This document shows positions 28,040 through 37,987 of a DNA stretch of 64,000 nt, piece by piece. The position numbers and the translations under genes were made by a program. How positions within the stretch are numbered: position 1 is the first letter of the stretch; the number at the start of each line of letters is the position of its first letter. Below the pieces are notes generated by a model. That model ran no database searches. It was not told the DNA's origin and saw nothing but the letters and a program-made list of their open reading frames with translations. Origin of the DNA: an uncultured delta proteobacterium (lineage in GTDB: Bacteria; Desulfobacterota; Syntrophia; Syntrophales; Smithellaceae). Location of the stretch: positions 19,060 to 83,059 of the forward strand of contig CAVSCG010000036.1 of NCBI GenBank assembly GCA_963726395.1, written 5' to 3'.

Positions 28040-29503
28040 ATGAAAGCTGTTAATCTTGCACTGCTATTAGAAGAATCCGTTCAAAAGCACGCGGACCGGC
28101 CCGTCTTGATTGCGGAAAATCAACGCATCACATACAGGCAATTACACTCGGCCGTTCACGCTGTCGCACCATCTCTAAAAAATATGGGGATGGGAAAAGG
28201 CGATAAAGTAGCCATCATGCTTCCCAATATCCCGGAGTTTGTTTATTACTGCTTTGCCGTTTTCCAATCAGGTGCCGTCGCCGTTTTGCTCAATACATCA
28301 TCCACACCGTATGAACTGTGCTATCTTCTGAATAACAGTGACGCTAAAATTCTCATCACCCAGGCATCGGGTGAAAAAAGGTATCGGGAAATAAAGGATC
28401 AGCTTTCAACGTGCCACTCTATCTTCATCACTGACTCCGAGGAGAATCGTAGCGTGGTGAATCAGAAAAGCAAGGTCAACGAAAGTGATTCTCGTGCGAC
28501 ACTTATCAATCCCGATGACCCGGCCATGATGATTTATACGGCGGGATTGACCGGTAAACCGCTTGGAGCAGTCCTTACCCATCACAATCTTTGTGAAGAG
28601 CTCAACATGATTCAACCCATTTTTCGAAGAGAGCCGGACGATATCGGACTTTGTCTGATCCCTCTATTTCATTCTTTCGGCGTTACCGTGAATATGCTGA
28701 ACGTCATTCAAGCGGGCTGCTCTACCGTCATGATGGATCGATTAACCATGGATAGTCTCTTATCCACCATCGAAAGAGAAAGAATAACTTATATCTGCGC
28801 CGTTCCCCGTCTCTATGTCGGGATGGTTCTGTACGAAAAAACGGCAAAATATGATTTGAGTTCTTTGAGGCTCTGCGTCACTGGCGGTTCAGCCATGCCG
28901 CCTGAGTTCATTCCTCTTTTTGAGCAGAAACTGGGCGTCCGCATTCTGGAAGGATACGGCTTGACAGAAGCGTCACCCGCCTGTTCTTTCAATAGAATTG
29001 AATTAGCGGCAAAACCCGGATCCATCGGTTCCGCTCTTACCGGGATTGATATCAAAATTGTTGATGAGGCCGGGCAAGAACTGCCGCGCAACCAAGTCGG
29101 TGAGGTGATTCTCCGGGGCGGCAACGTGATGAAGGGCTACTATAAAGATGATGAGGCCACCGCTTCAGTTATCAGGGATGGCTGGCTTTACACCGGAGAT
29201 CTGGGCAGAATGGACGAGGACAATTACATTTTCCTCACGGGCATCAAGAAAAGAATGATTATCACCAGTGGCTTTAATGTCTACCCGCGTGAAGTGGAAA
29301 CGGTCCTGAATCTGCATCCGGCGGTTCAGGATTCGCGGGTGTTAGGCAAAAAAGACTTAATGCGCGGCGAATTGGTCACTGCACAGATTGTTTTGCGCGA
29401 TGGATTTCATCCTGACGACAAAGAAATCATCCGGCATTGCAAAGTGTATCTCTCCCCCTACAAAGTCCCGCGGGAAGTGGAATTTGTCGCGGCCGTCGAA
29501 TAA
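28040..29503 (+). CDS. AMP-dependent acyl-CoA ligase (long-chain fatty acid-CoA ligase-like)
   Basis: MIYTAGLTGKPLGAVLTH (AMP-binding motif), GYGLTE, TGDLGRMDEDNYIF. ATG 28040 after GGGGTG is preferred over TTG 28007. Confidence 0.85.
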   Translation: MKAVNLALLLEESVQKHADRPVLIAENQRITYRQLHSAVHAVAPSLKNMGMGKGDKVAIMLPNIPEFVYYCFAVFQSGAVAVLLNTSSTPYELCYLLNNSDAKILITQASGEKRYREIKDQLSTCHSIFITDSEENRSVVNQKSKVNESDSRATLINPDDPAMMIYTAGLTGKPLGAVLTHHNLCEELNMIQPIFRREPDDIGLCLIPLFHSFGVTVNMLNVIQAGCSTVMMDRLTMDSLLSTIERERITYICAVPRLYVGMVLYEKTAKYDLSSLRLCVTGGSAMPPEFIPLFEQKLGVRILEGYGLTEASPACSFNRIELAAKPGSIGSALTGIDIKIVDEAGQELPRNQVGEVILRGGNVMKGYYKDDEATASVIRDGWLYTGDLGRMDEDNYIFLTGIKKRMIITSGFNVYPREVETVLNLHPAVQDSRVLGKKDLMRGELVTAQIVLRDGFHPDDKEIIRHCKVYLSPYKVPREVEFVAAVE

Positions 29504-29506
29504 TCT

Positions 29507-31153
29507 TTACGACTTCCCGACAGGCGCCATTTCTATCAGTGACGGATCATACTCTTGTGGTTTTTCATACCCCAGAAGATTCAACAGGGTTGCCGCAATA
29601 TTTGACAAACCTTTTTCTTTGGTATCCGCCATGTGATATTCCCCCTGATACAAGGGATCATAGATTATAAAGGGGACCGGATTCAGGCTGTGTGCGGTCT
29701 TTACTGATTTTGCGCCCTTCTTGTCTATCGTGAACATCTCATCCGCGTTGCCATGGTCCGCAGTGATAACGGCAATGCCTCCTATTTCCTTGATGGCATC
29801 CAGCAACTCTCCAACGCATTTATCCGCGGTCTCCACCGCAATAATAGCTGCATCCATCTTACCCGTATGCCCGACCATGTCACCGTTCGGGAAATTGAGC
29901 CTTCCGAATCGATAATCGCCACTCTTGAGCAGGTCTATAACTGTATCCGTTATCTCTTTGGCCTTCATCTGAGGGGCGCGGTCAAACTCAATCCGGTCGG
30001 AAGGGATCTCCACATATTTTTCAAGGGATTCATCGATATAACCGGAACGGTTGCCGTTCCAGAAATACGTCACGTGACCGAACTTCTGGGTCTCTGAGAC
30101 CGCAAAGGTTTTTATTTTTTCAGCGCAAAGGTATTCGCTGATGACGCGATCAATAGCCGGAGGTTGCACAAGAAAATGGGGAGGGATATGGGCATCCCCG
30201 TCATACTGCATCATTCCCGCATAAAATATGTCCGGAAGAGGTCCCCTGTCGAATTCAGAGAATTCCTTCTCGGAGAATGTCCTTGATATCTCAATGGCGC
30301 GGTCGCCCCGGAAGTTGAAAAAGATTACGGCATCCCCGTCATTGATAGTCCCAATGGGCATCCCCGAACCATCGGCTATAACAAACGCGGGCAAATACTG
30401 ATCCGTTGCCTTCGGGTCTTCTTCGTAAAAGGTCTTCACTGCATCGGAAGCGGATGGGAATTTCCTGCCCTCTCCCAAGACATGGGCATCCCATCCCCTC
30501 TTAACGATATTCCAGTCGGAGTTGTACCTGTCCATGGTTACCTTCATGCGTCCGCCGCCTGAGGCGATGGCGTAATCAAGACCTTTTTCCGCTGAGATTT
30601 TTTTCAGTTTTTCCTCTGTGGGAATAATATAATTCAGCGCCGTCCTCTCCCCCACATCTCTTCCGTCCAGAAGGGCATGGACCCTGACTCTATTGAAATT
30701 CAGCTCGGCGCACTTGTCGATCATGATGAATAACTGTTCAATATGTGAATGGACATTCCCGTCCGATAATAGCCCGATAAAATGAATCGTCCCACCATTT
30801 TTGGACTGCTTTACGATATGGTCCCAGACCCCGGATTGAAAGATCCTTCCGGTCTTGAGCGCCGCATTTACAAGGCGGGCGCCCTGGTCAAAGACCCTGC
30901 CGGCGCCGATGGCATTGTGCCCTACCTCGCTGTTTCCCATATCATCATCTGAGGGCAGTCCGACTGCCGTACCGTGGGCCTTCAGCTGCGTGTACAGATC
31001 AGATTTGAACAATTGATCAAGGTTGGGTGTATCGGCCCTGTAAACGGCATTCGTTTCATCTGCTTTGCCGATGCCAACACCGTCCATGATAATCAACAAC
31101 AGGGGGCCTTTTCTGCCATGAAAGGATTTTAATTGATTGAGTTTTAATGACAT
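29507..31153 (-). CDS. gpmI: 2,3-bisphosphoglycerate-independent phosphoglycerate mutase (long form)
   Basis: 548 aa. Contains LLIIMDGVGIG...NSEVGHNAIGAGR...TADHGNADEM. Confidence 0.9.
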   Translation of the reverse strand: MSLKLNQLKSFHGRKGPLLLIIMDGVGIGKADETNAVYRADTPNLDQLFKSDLYTQLKAHGTAVGLPSDDDMGNSEVGHNAIGAGRVFDQGARLVNAALKTGRIFQSGVWDHIVKQSKNGGTIHFIGLLSDGNVHSHIEQLFIMIDKCAELNFNRVRVHALLDGRDVGERTALNYIIPTEEKLKKISAEKGLDYAIASGGGRMKVTMDRYNSDWNIVKRGWDAHVLGEGRKFPSASDAVKTFYEEDPKATDQYLPAFVIADGSGMPIGTINDGDAVIFFNFRGDRAIEISRTFSEKEFSEFDRGPLPDIFYAGMMQYDGDAHIPPHFLVQPPAIDRVISEYLCAEKIKTFAVSETQKFGHVTYFWNGNRSGYIDESLEKYVEIPSDRIEFDRAPQMKAKEITDTVIDLLKSGDYRFGRLNFPNGDMVGHTGKMDAAIIAVETADKCVGELLDAIKEIGGIAVITADHGNADEMFTIDKKGAKSVKTAHSLNPVPFIIYDPLYQGEYHMADTKEKGLSNIAATLLNLLGYEKPQEYDPSLIEMAPVGKS

Positions 31154-31208
31154 TGATATGCTCCAAAAATCATGGGTAAATATGTCAATAGAGTTTAAAA
31201 TATAAAGT

Positions 31209-31241
31209 AAAAGAGCCCTTTCTTTTCAGATCGGGCTCTTT
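31209..31241 (-). terminator. Rho-independent terminator candidate after the Fe-S oxidoreductase gene
   Basis: Minus strand: AAAGAGCCC-loop-GGGCUCUUU followed by UACUUUAUAUUUU. Confidence 0.6.
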
Positions 31242-31275
31242 GGAAAATCAGCTTATCATGCTTGGTAAGGTTGAA

Positions 31276-33437
31276 TTATACGGCACAAACATCAACCGGG
31301 GCCTTAACTTCTTCCTTTCCCATGGCCTTGACAACCAGTTCCGCAATATCCCAGGCGGCCATCGTTTCCGTCATCTGATTGTCCTTGATGCCGTCGGACA
31401 TCATGGTCAGACAGAACGGACAGCCCACGGCAATCGTGTCGGCCTTCACAGCGATAGCCTGCTTGGTGCGCGCATTGTTGATCCGCTCTCCAATATCTTC
31501 TTCCATCCACATTCTCGCGCCACCGGCGCCGCAACAGAAGCTCTTGTCGAGATTGCGTTCCATTTCCACCAGTTGAAGGCCGGGAATGGCTTTCAAAATC
31601 TGACGGGGTGGTCATAAATATTGTTATAGCGGCCCAGGAAGCAGGAATCGTGATAGACAAATGTACCCTTGAGCGGCTGGCGTAGTCTGATCTTGCCGTC
31701 GGCAATCAGTTTCGCGATGATTTCCGTATGGTGATACACTTCGAAATTGCCGCCGAAATTGGGGTAATCTTTCTTCAAAGAGTTATAGCCGTGCGGGCAG
31801 ATGGCGATGATTTTCTTCACGCCGTAGCCGTTCATCACGTCAATATTGGCCTGGGCCAGTGACTGGAAAAGATACTCGTTGCCGGAACGCATCGCGGAAT
31901 CGCCGCAGCAGCCTTCTTCGTTGCCCAGAATACCGAAGCTGACACCGGCTTCCTGTAAAATCTTGGCCAAGGCGATGGAAATCTTCTTGCCGCGGTCGTC
32001 AAACGAACCGGAACAGCCCACGTAGAAAAGATACTCAACATTGGGATCTTCAGCCAGGGTCTTGATGCCCAGTTCTTTGGCCCAATCGCCACGCATGTGC
32101 GCACCGACACCCCAGGGATTGGAGTTGTTTTCCATATTACGACAGGTCAATTGCAATTCGGGAGCGAAATCCGCTTCGGTCAGAACCTTATACCGTCTCA
32201 TGTCAATAATCTTTGGCACATGTTCAATCGACGCCGAGCAGTGTTCCATACAATACATACAGTTGGTGCAAGCCCATAGTTCGTGCAGGTCAACGACTTC
32301 ACCCACCAGCGCTTTCCCTGTTGCTTCTTCGGCCGGAGCTTCCGCAGGCTCTTCGCCTTGGGCCGGAGGAGCGGGCACGAGGCCCAGTTTCTGGGATACC
32401 TTCTCCATCAGGGGATCCGGACATTTTTCCAGCCAGTAGGTTTTAATATCCTGAACCATTTTCTTGGGAGACAAAGGCTTGCCCGTCAGGTAAGCCGGGC
32501 AACCGTCCTGGCAACGACCGCAACGGGTACAGGCGTCGGAATCAAAAATCTGTTTCCAGGTGAATTCTTCAAGTTTACCGACACCAAACGCTTCCGCATT
32601 TTCGAAATCGCGGATCGGTTCAATGTAACCGGTCGGCTGGTGCGATTGGAGAAAATGGTTCGCCGGGGTGGTAATAATATGGAGCAGGCGTGAATAGGGA
32701 ATATACGCAATAAATCCGAGCCCCAGAATCGCATGCACCCACCAGGTCAATTGATGAACGGTTCTGGCGGTATCCAGTTCTATGCCGGTAAAGGTACGGG
32801 ACAAAAGCCAGCCCACGAACGACCAGACTTCCCAGGGCGGATTGGTCACATAAATGCGAAGCGCTTCTGCTATAAAGCCGGTGACGATGATGGCGCCGAT
32901 GAGCAGAAGAACGATCACATCATCGGGTGTATTGTCGATCTCGCCTTTATAACCCAGACGATCCGGCTTCGCCACAAACCGGCGATCCAACGCAAGAACG
33001 ACTCCGATCAGGACCGCCAATCCGAAAAGATCCATCAGGAAAGAAAAGCCTAAATAAAAATTGCCTTTCAGAAATGTCCAACCAAAGAGCGGTTCCGTAA
33101 CATGATGCTGCCCCGCATCAAATGCGGCGCCGAAAATCAAAACAAAAAAACCAAAAAAGATTAAAGCGTGCATGATGCCCGGATAGGGATCTTTCAAGAC
33201 TTTCTTCTGCAGGAAAATTTCCTGAAGAACCGTTTTGACTCTTTCCTTCATATTGTCCAGGCGCATCTCCGGCTTGCCCATGGCTTTCCACATCAGCCAG
33301 CGACGATAAATGCCAAAAGCCATAATGGCCAGGGCAACGGCCGTGAGGGCAAAAAGGACGATCTCAAACGCCGGCAGGGGAATGTTCCAGAAAACCTCGC
33401 GGCCTTCACGACCTACATAAAATGCATGTTCTTTCAT
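31276..33437 (-). pseudogene. Membrane heme-b/Fe-S oxidoreductase with CCG domains (Etf-associated, DUF224/HdrD-GlpC-like), one frameshift
   Basis: N-terminal part has about 6 TM helices. Two 4Fe-4S motifs: CTRCGRCQDGCP and CTNCMYCMEHCS. CCG domains: YVGCSGSFDD..GCCGDS and HDSCFLGRYN..|..SFCCGAGG. The pieces 31593..33437 and 31276..31596 join as ..NNIYDHPRQILKAIPGLQL.. if the G4 run at 31605..31608 is G5. Confidence 0.85.
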
Positions 33438-33491
33438 TGATCCTCCAACAAGACTTGAGAGCTAATTCTTGTCTTTTAAATATCAAGCACC

Positions 33492-33530
33492 AAAAAGGTC
33501 TTTGCCCCGCAGCTGCGGGGCAAAGACCTT
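33492..33530 (-). terminator. Strong rho-independent terminator after etfA
   Basis: Minus strand: AAGGUCUUUGCCCCGC-AGCU-GCGGGGCAAAGACCUU (16-bp stem) followed by UUUGG. Confidence 0.85.
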
Positions 33531-33537
33531 ATGGTTT

Positions 33538-34515
33538 TTAAGCAACCAGTTTCTTGCAAACTGCTGTCAATTCGGGAACGACCTTGAACAGATCGTCAAC
33601 AACTCCGTAATCCGCTTTCGTGAAAATAGGAGCCTCGGCATCCTTATTGATTGCAACGATACACTTGGATGAGCTCATGCCCGCCAGATGCTGAATCGCG
33701 CCGGAAATGCCGCAGGCGATGTACAGGTTCGGAGAAACAACCTTACCGGTCTGCCCGACCTGATCTTTTTGCGGACGCCAGCCGGCATCGACTGCCGCGC
33801 GGGACGCGCCAACCGTACCTTTGATCGCTTCGGCCAGTTCTTCGAGAATAGCATAGCCTTCGGGGCCTTTCATACCGCGGCCGCCGGAGACAATCACAGT
33901 GGCTTCCGTCAAATCGACTTTACCACTGCTGTCTTTCTGCACTTCCAGAACTTTGCTCTTGATCGATGCTGCATCGACAGCTGCATCCACTTTCACCACT
34001 GCGCCGGCTTTGGCATTTTCAGCGGCCGGAAACACATTGGGACGGAGCGATGCCATCGCCGGTGTTGAACTGGTAACGATTTCACCAAAGCACTTCCCTG
34101 CATACAAGGGGCGAATAGCGACAAATTTGCCACCATCCAGCTTTACATCCGTACAATCTGTGGCGAGACCCGTGGCTAATTTAGCGGCCACGCGGGCAGC
34201 CAGATCTTTACCCTGAACCGACGCGCCCAAAAGCAGAATCGCCGGATCATTTTCTTTAACCACTTTGGCGACCACGGCGGCGTGCGCTTCAGTGATATAG
34301 GGCTCCATGGCAGCATTGTCGCCCACAAAAACCTTATCCACACCATATTTGCCCAACTGAGCGGCCAAACCTTCTATACCTGCACCAAGCAGAATGGCGC
34401 TGACTTCATCGCCGGTCTGGTCGGCCAGCTTGCGGGCTGTCGAGGCCAGTTCCATGCTGATTTTCCTGAGCGCGCCGTCCCGCTGTTCTGCTACTATCAT
34501 AACTCCTTTTGCCAT
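33538..34515 (-). CDS. etfA: Electron transfer flavoprotein subunit alpha
   Basis: 325 aa. Contains SGGRGMKGPEGY...GASRAAVDAGW...QVGQTGKVVSPNLYIACGISGAIQHLAGM. Confidence 0.95.
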   Translation of the reverse strand: MAKGVMIVAEQRDGALRKISMELASTARKLADQTGDEVSAILLGAGIEGLAAQLGKYGVDKVFVGDNAAMEPYITEAHAAVVAKVVKENDPAILLLGASVQGKDLAARVAAKLATGLATDCTDVKLDGGKFVAIRPLYAGKCFGEIVTSSTPAMASLRPNVFPAAENAKAGAVVKVDAAVDAASIKSKVLEVQKDSSGKVDLTEATVIVSGGRGMKGPEGYAILEELAEAIKGTVGASRAAVDAGWRPQKDQVGQTGKVVSPNLYIACGISGAIQHLAGMSSSKCIVAINKDAEAPIFTKADYGVVDDLFKVVPELTAVCKKLVA

Positions 34516-34537
34516 TTTTCATTCCTCCGCTTCTTAA

Positions 34538-35314
34538 TTAAATAACTTTTGCTTCTTCTCTGAGTAACCGGCCTAATTCCGCCGCCTTTTGCGCGGGCTC
34601 ATCTCCGCAGATAATCTTTCCGGGAGGTCTGGCCGGAGGTGGAATGGTTTTGGCTACTTTGGCTTTCGCGTCGGTGGCAGTGCCAACGGCGGCGGCGTTT
34701 TTTACATCAACCGGCTTCTTCTTCGCTTTCATGATGCCGGGCAGCGACGCGTAACGCGGTTCATTGAGACCCTTCTGACAGGTCACAACGCAAGGCGTCG
34801 CCGTTTCAACCAGAAGCTGTGCGCCTTCGATCGGGCGAATCACTTTGACTGAGGAACCGGCGAAATCCAGTTTGGTGACCAGAGTCAATTGCGGGAGATT
34901 CAAGGCTTCAGCCAGCATGGCGCCGACCTGACCTGAATCGTCATCGATGGCGCGCTGTCCGCAGAAGATAATGTCGTGGGGCAGCGTTTTGATGACCGCA
35001 GCCAGAGCATTGGCCACAACAAACGCGTCCGCGCTGTCAAAAGCGGGATCGCAAATGTGCACGCCCTTGTCCGCGCCCATCGCCAGAGCGGTACGGATGG
35101 TTTCCATCGATCTTGCCGGACCGAGGCAAACGATTGTGACGTCACCGCCATTTTTCTCTTTCAACTTTAATGATTCTTCCACGCCATATTCATCGTAGGG
35201 ATTCATCACCCACTTGATTTGGCCTTCCTCGATACCCGAACCGTCAGCCTTGACTTTGATCTGTGCTTCGGTGTCTGGCACTTGCTTCACACATGCAATA
35301 ATATTCACTGTCAA
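34538..35314 (-). CDS. etfB: Electron transfer flavoprotein subunit beta
   Basis: 258 aa. Contains NIIACVKQVPDTEAQIKV...NPYDEYGVEESLKLKE...IIFCGQRAIDDDSGQVG. Confidence 0.95.
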   Translation of the reverse strand: MTVNIIACVKQVPDTEAQIKVKADGSGIEEGQIKWVMNPYDEYGVEESLKLKEKNGGDVTIVCLGPARSMETIRTALAMGADKGVHICDPAFDSADAFVVANALAAVIKTLPHDIIFCGQRAIDDDSGQVGAMLAEALNLPQLTLVTKLDFAGSSVKVIRPIEGAQLLVETATPCVVTCQKGLNEPRYASLPGIMKAKKKPVDVKNAAAVGTATDAKAKVAKTIPPPARPPGKIICGDEPAQKAAELGRLLREEAKVI

Positions 35315-35393
35315 AAACCTCCTTATCCTGCACGTCGTATATTGAGGACGATCCGTGCATTTAAAATTTTCTTCTTACACTTAATTCTATCAA

Positions 35394-35428
35394 AACGCCC
35401 GATTCTCTCTCGGAGGGAACCGGGCGTT
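35394..35428 (-). terminator. Rho-independent terminator candidate after acs
   Basis: Minus strand: AACGCCCG-19 nt-CGGGCGUU followed by UUGAUAG. It starts 5 nt after the acs stop. Confidence 0.55.
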
Positions 35429-35432
35429 CATA

Positions 35433-37403
35433 CTACAGTCTGTTTTTGACGATGTCGTCAACTACCGACGGATCGGCCAGCGTGCTGGTGTCACCCAACT
35501 CGTTCAATAGATTGGCGGCAACTTTCTTCAGAATTCTTCTCATGATCTTGCCGCTGCGGGTTTTGGGAAGACCATCGGCCCACTGAATCTTATCGGGTGT
35601 GGCAATGGGTCCAATTAGCGTGCGGACATGAGCGATCAACTCTTTCTTCAGAGCGTCGGATTTTTCAACGCCGGTCTTCAGGGTAACATAAGCATAAATT
35701 CCCTGTCCCTTAATGTCATGCGGCATACCGACAACGGCTGCTTCAGCAACGGCCTTATGGGCAACCAGAGCACTTTCCACTTCGGCTGTTCCCATGCGGT
35801 GACCGGAAACATTGATAACATCGTCGATACGGCCGGTAATCTGATAGTAACCGTCTTTGTCTCGGCGGCAGCCGTCACCGGTTACATAGTAGCCGGGGAA
35901 CTGTTCAAAATAAGTTTCCTGGAATCTCTTGGGATCACCATAGACGCCTCTCATGATGCCGGGCCATGGCACTTTGATGCACAGAGCGCCGCTGGCTTCC
36001 GTATCCTTGAATTCTTTTCCTTCGTCATCCACTAGGACAGGCTGCACACCAAAGAAAGGCATGGTCGCCATACCGGGTTTGATATCGATCGCGCCGGGCA
36101 GCGGGGTAATCAGAATACCGCCGGTTTCTGTCTGCCACCAGGTGTCCACGATGGGGCATTCGCCGCGGCCAATCACATTATAATACCAGTTCCAGGCTTC
36201 GGGGTTGATCGGTTCGCCGACGGTTCCGAGAATGCGCAGGGAGGAGATGTTGCATTTTTTCACAAAGTCATCGCCCTCTTTGGCAATCGCGCGGATAGCG
36301 GTCGGAGCGGTATAGAAAATGGTGACTTTGTATTTTTCGACGGTCTGCCAGAAGCGGCTGTAGGTCGGATAATTGGGAACGCCTTCGAACATAACGGACG
36401 TTGCGCCGTTGCAAAGAGGCCCGTAAACAATGTAGCTGTGACCTGTTACCCAGCCGATATCGGCGGTGCACCAGTAAACATCTTCTTCATGATAATCGAA
36501 AACTATTTTATGGGTGTAGGATGCAAAGGTCAGATAACCACCCGTGGTGTGCATAACGCCCTTGGGCTGTCCGGTGGAACCCGAGGTATAAAGGATGAAG
36601 AGAGGATCTTCGGCATCCATCCATTCCGGTTCGCACTTGGCATCGACTTTGGCCATTTCTTCATGCCACCATTTGTCGCGGCCGGCAGTCAATTCACATT
36701 TAATTTTATCGCCGACTCTCTTGACAACAATAACAGTCTTTACAGACGGAGACTGTGCTAATGCTTCATCAGCTATTGTTTTCGCGGGAACGGCTTTGTT
36801 GCCACGGAAGGTTCCATCGCAGACCACAAGCAACTTGGCACCGGAGTTGACAATTCTGTCACGGAGCGCATCAGCGCTGAATCCGCCGAAAACGATTCCA
36901 TGAATGGCGCCAATGCGGGAGCAAGCCAGCATGGCAATTGCCAGTTCGGGAACCATCGGCATATAAAGACATACACGGTCGCCCTTCTGGATGCCGTTAG
37001 CTTTTAGAACATTGGCGAATTTGCAGACTTCTTCGTGGAGCATTTTATACGTAAATGCTTTTTCTTCGCCCGGCTCGTTGCCTTCCCACTGGATAGCAAC
37101 CTTGTCGCCGCGTGTTTTCAGATGCTTGTCGAGGCAGTTGTACGAAACATTCAGCTTGCCGCCTTCGAAAAACTTTACGGAAATGGGACCTTTCTTAATG
37201 TCAAAATTATAATCCATGACTTTGTCCCATTTTTTGAACCATTCGACCTGCTGTTCGGCCACTTCCGCCCAGAATACGTCCGGCTGCTCAACGGATTTTT
37301 TCCAAAGTGCATCATAGGCAGCTCTTCCGCTGACCCAAGCATTCTTCTTCATTTTTTCCGTAACCGGATATATTTCCTTCAATTGAACCTTTGCATCCGC
37401 CAT
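35433..37403 (-). CDS. acs: Acetyl-CoA synthetase (AMP-forming)
   Basis: 656 aa. Contains [70 protein letters not shown]. Confidence 0.95.
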   Translation of the reverse strand: MADAKVQLKEIYPVTEKMKKNAWVSGRAAYDALWKKSVEQPDVFWAEVAEQQVEWFKKWDKVMDYNFDIKKGPISVKFFEGGKLNVSYNCLDKHLKTRGDKVAIQWEGNEPGEEKAFTYKMLHEEVCKFANVLKANGIQKGDRVCLYMPMVPELAIAMLACSRIGAIHGIVFGGFSADALRDRIVNSGAKLLVVCDGTFRGNKAVPAKTIADEALAQSPSVKTVIVVKRVGDKIKCELTAGRDKWWHEEMAKVDAKCEPEWMDAEDPLFILYTSGSTGQPKGVMHTTGGYLTFASYTHKIVFDYHEEDVYWCTADIGWVTGHSYIVYGPLCNGATSVMFEGVPNYPTYSRFWQTVEKYKVTIFYTAPTAIRAIAKEGDDFVKKCNISSLRILGTVGEPINPEAWNWYYNVIGRGECPIVDTWWQTETGGILITPLPGAIDIKPGMATMPFFGVQPVLVDDEGKEFKDTEASGALCIKVPWPGIMRGVYGDPKRFQETYFEQFPGYYVTGDGCRRDKDGYYQITGRIDDVINVSGHRMGTAEVESALVAHKAVAEAAVVGMPHDIKGQGIYAYVTLKTGVEKSDALKKELIAHVRTLIGPIATPDKIQWADGLPKTRSGKIMRRILKKVAANLLNELGDTSTLADPSVVDDIVKNRL

Positions 37404-37987
37404 TTTAGATAATCCTCCTCGTTTTAAATTTTGTATTTTAAACGCTTGCCTAACGTTTCGCCATAAAAAACATATTTTTAACTCTGGGATTAAGCCTGCA
37501 GCACGAAAGCTTTCGGTACGCTTAAGGTGCGCAATGAGTAAGCTAACTCACTGGAGTTGAGGTGTGCACCGCCATCTGTGAACACGTTAAAACTTAATTT
37601 TTACCTTAAGCCGCGAAGCGCCCGAGAAAGCTCGTCTGCGTGACTGTTTTCATTAAAGAATTAACTGTTTGCCCCTGATACTCAATTTTTTTCGCGGGGC
37701 GTCACTTCTTCAAAGTGCTGAAAATACTGAATCTTACTGATTTATAAACATGAGGTCAAAATTTGACCGCAAGTCAATCTATCCTTGGGGACTCACCTAC
37801 CCTAATATCAATATCCTGTCAAGAAATATTTAGAGTGAAAATAAACCCCTAACCGCCACCGGCGCGTGTATCTTAATAATGGTAATTTAACAATAAAATA
37901 AGCAAGATGATGCCATTTCGCCTTCAAAGGATAACCAAGAGGCAAGACCGTTCCCTGCTTTCAGAAATTACCACTAGACTGTGCGGC

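Noticed and set aside
31593-31596. I asked whether the split in the Etf-associated Fe-S oxidoreductase is a second selenocysteine (in-frame TGA), since Sec-containing GlpC/HdrD-like proteins exist.
   Set aside because: The two pieces are in different frames. Reading through the TGA gives nonsense (KPFPAFNWWKW..). Adding one G to the G4 run at 31605..31608 gives the conserved ..YDHPRQILKAIPGLQLVEMERN.. This is a frameshift, not recoding.
37902-37915. Sigma-54-like element on the minus strand (TGGCAT-CATC-TTGC) upstream of acs.
   Set aside because: The GG-to-GC spacing is 9 nt instead of the required 10, and it lies about 500 nt from the acs start. This is not convincing.
37943-37956. The 14-mer CAAGACCGTTCCCT is shared by the regions just 3' of the acyl-CoA dehydrogenase gene and of trxB (54918..54931). 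It might be a repeat family. AGGTTATA also recurs at about 42873 and 54904.
   Set aside because: By rough expectation, several identical 14-mers occur by chance among all position pairs in 64 kb. Flanking similarity is weak. A whole-genome repeat search is needed before calling a family.
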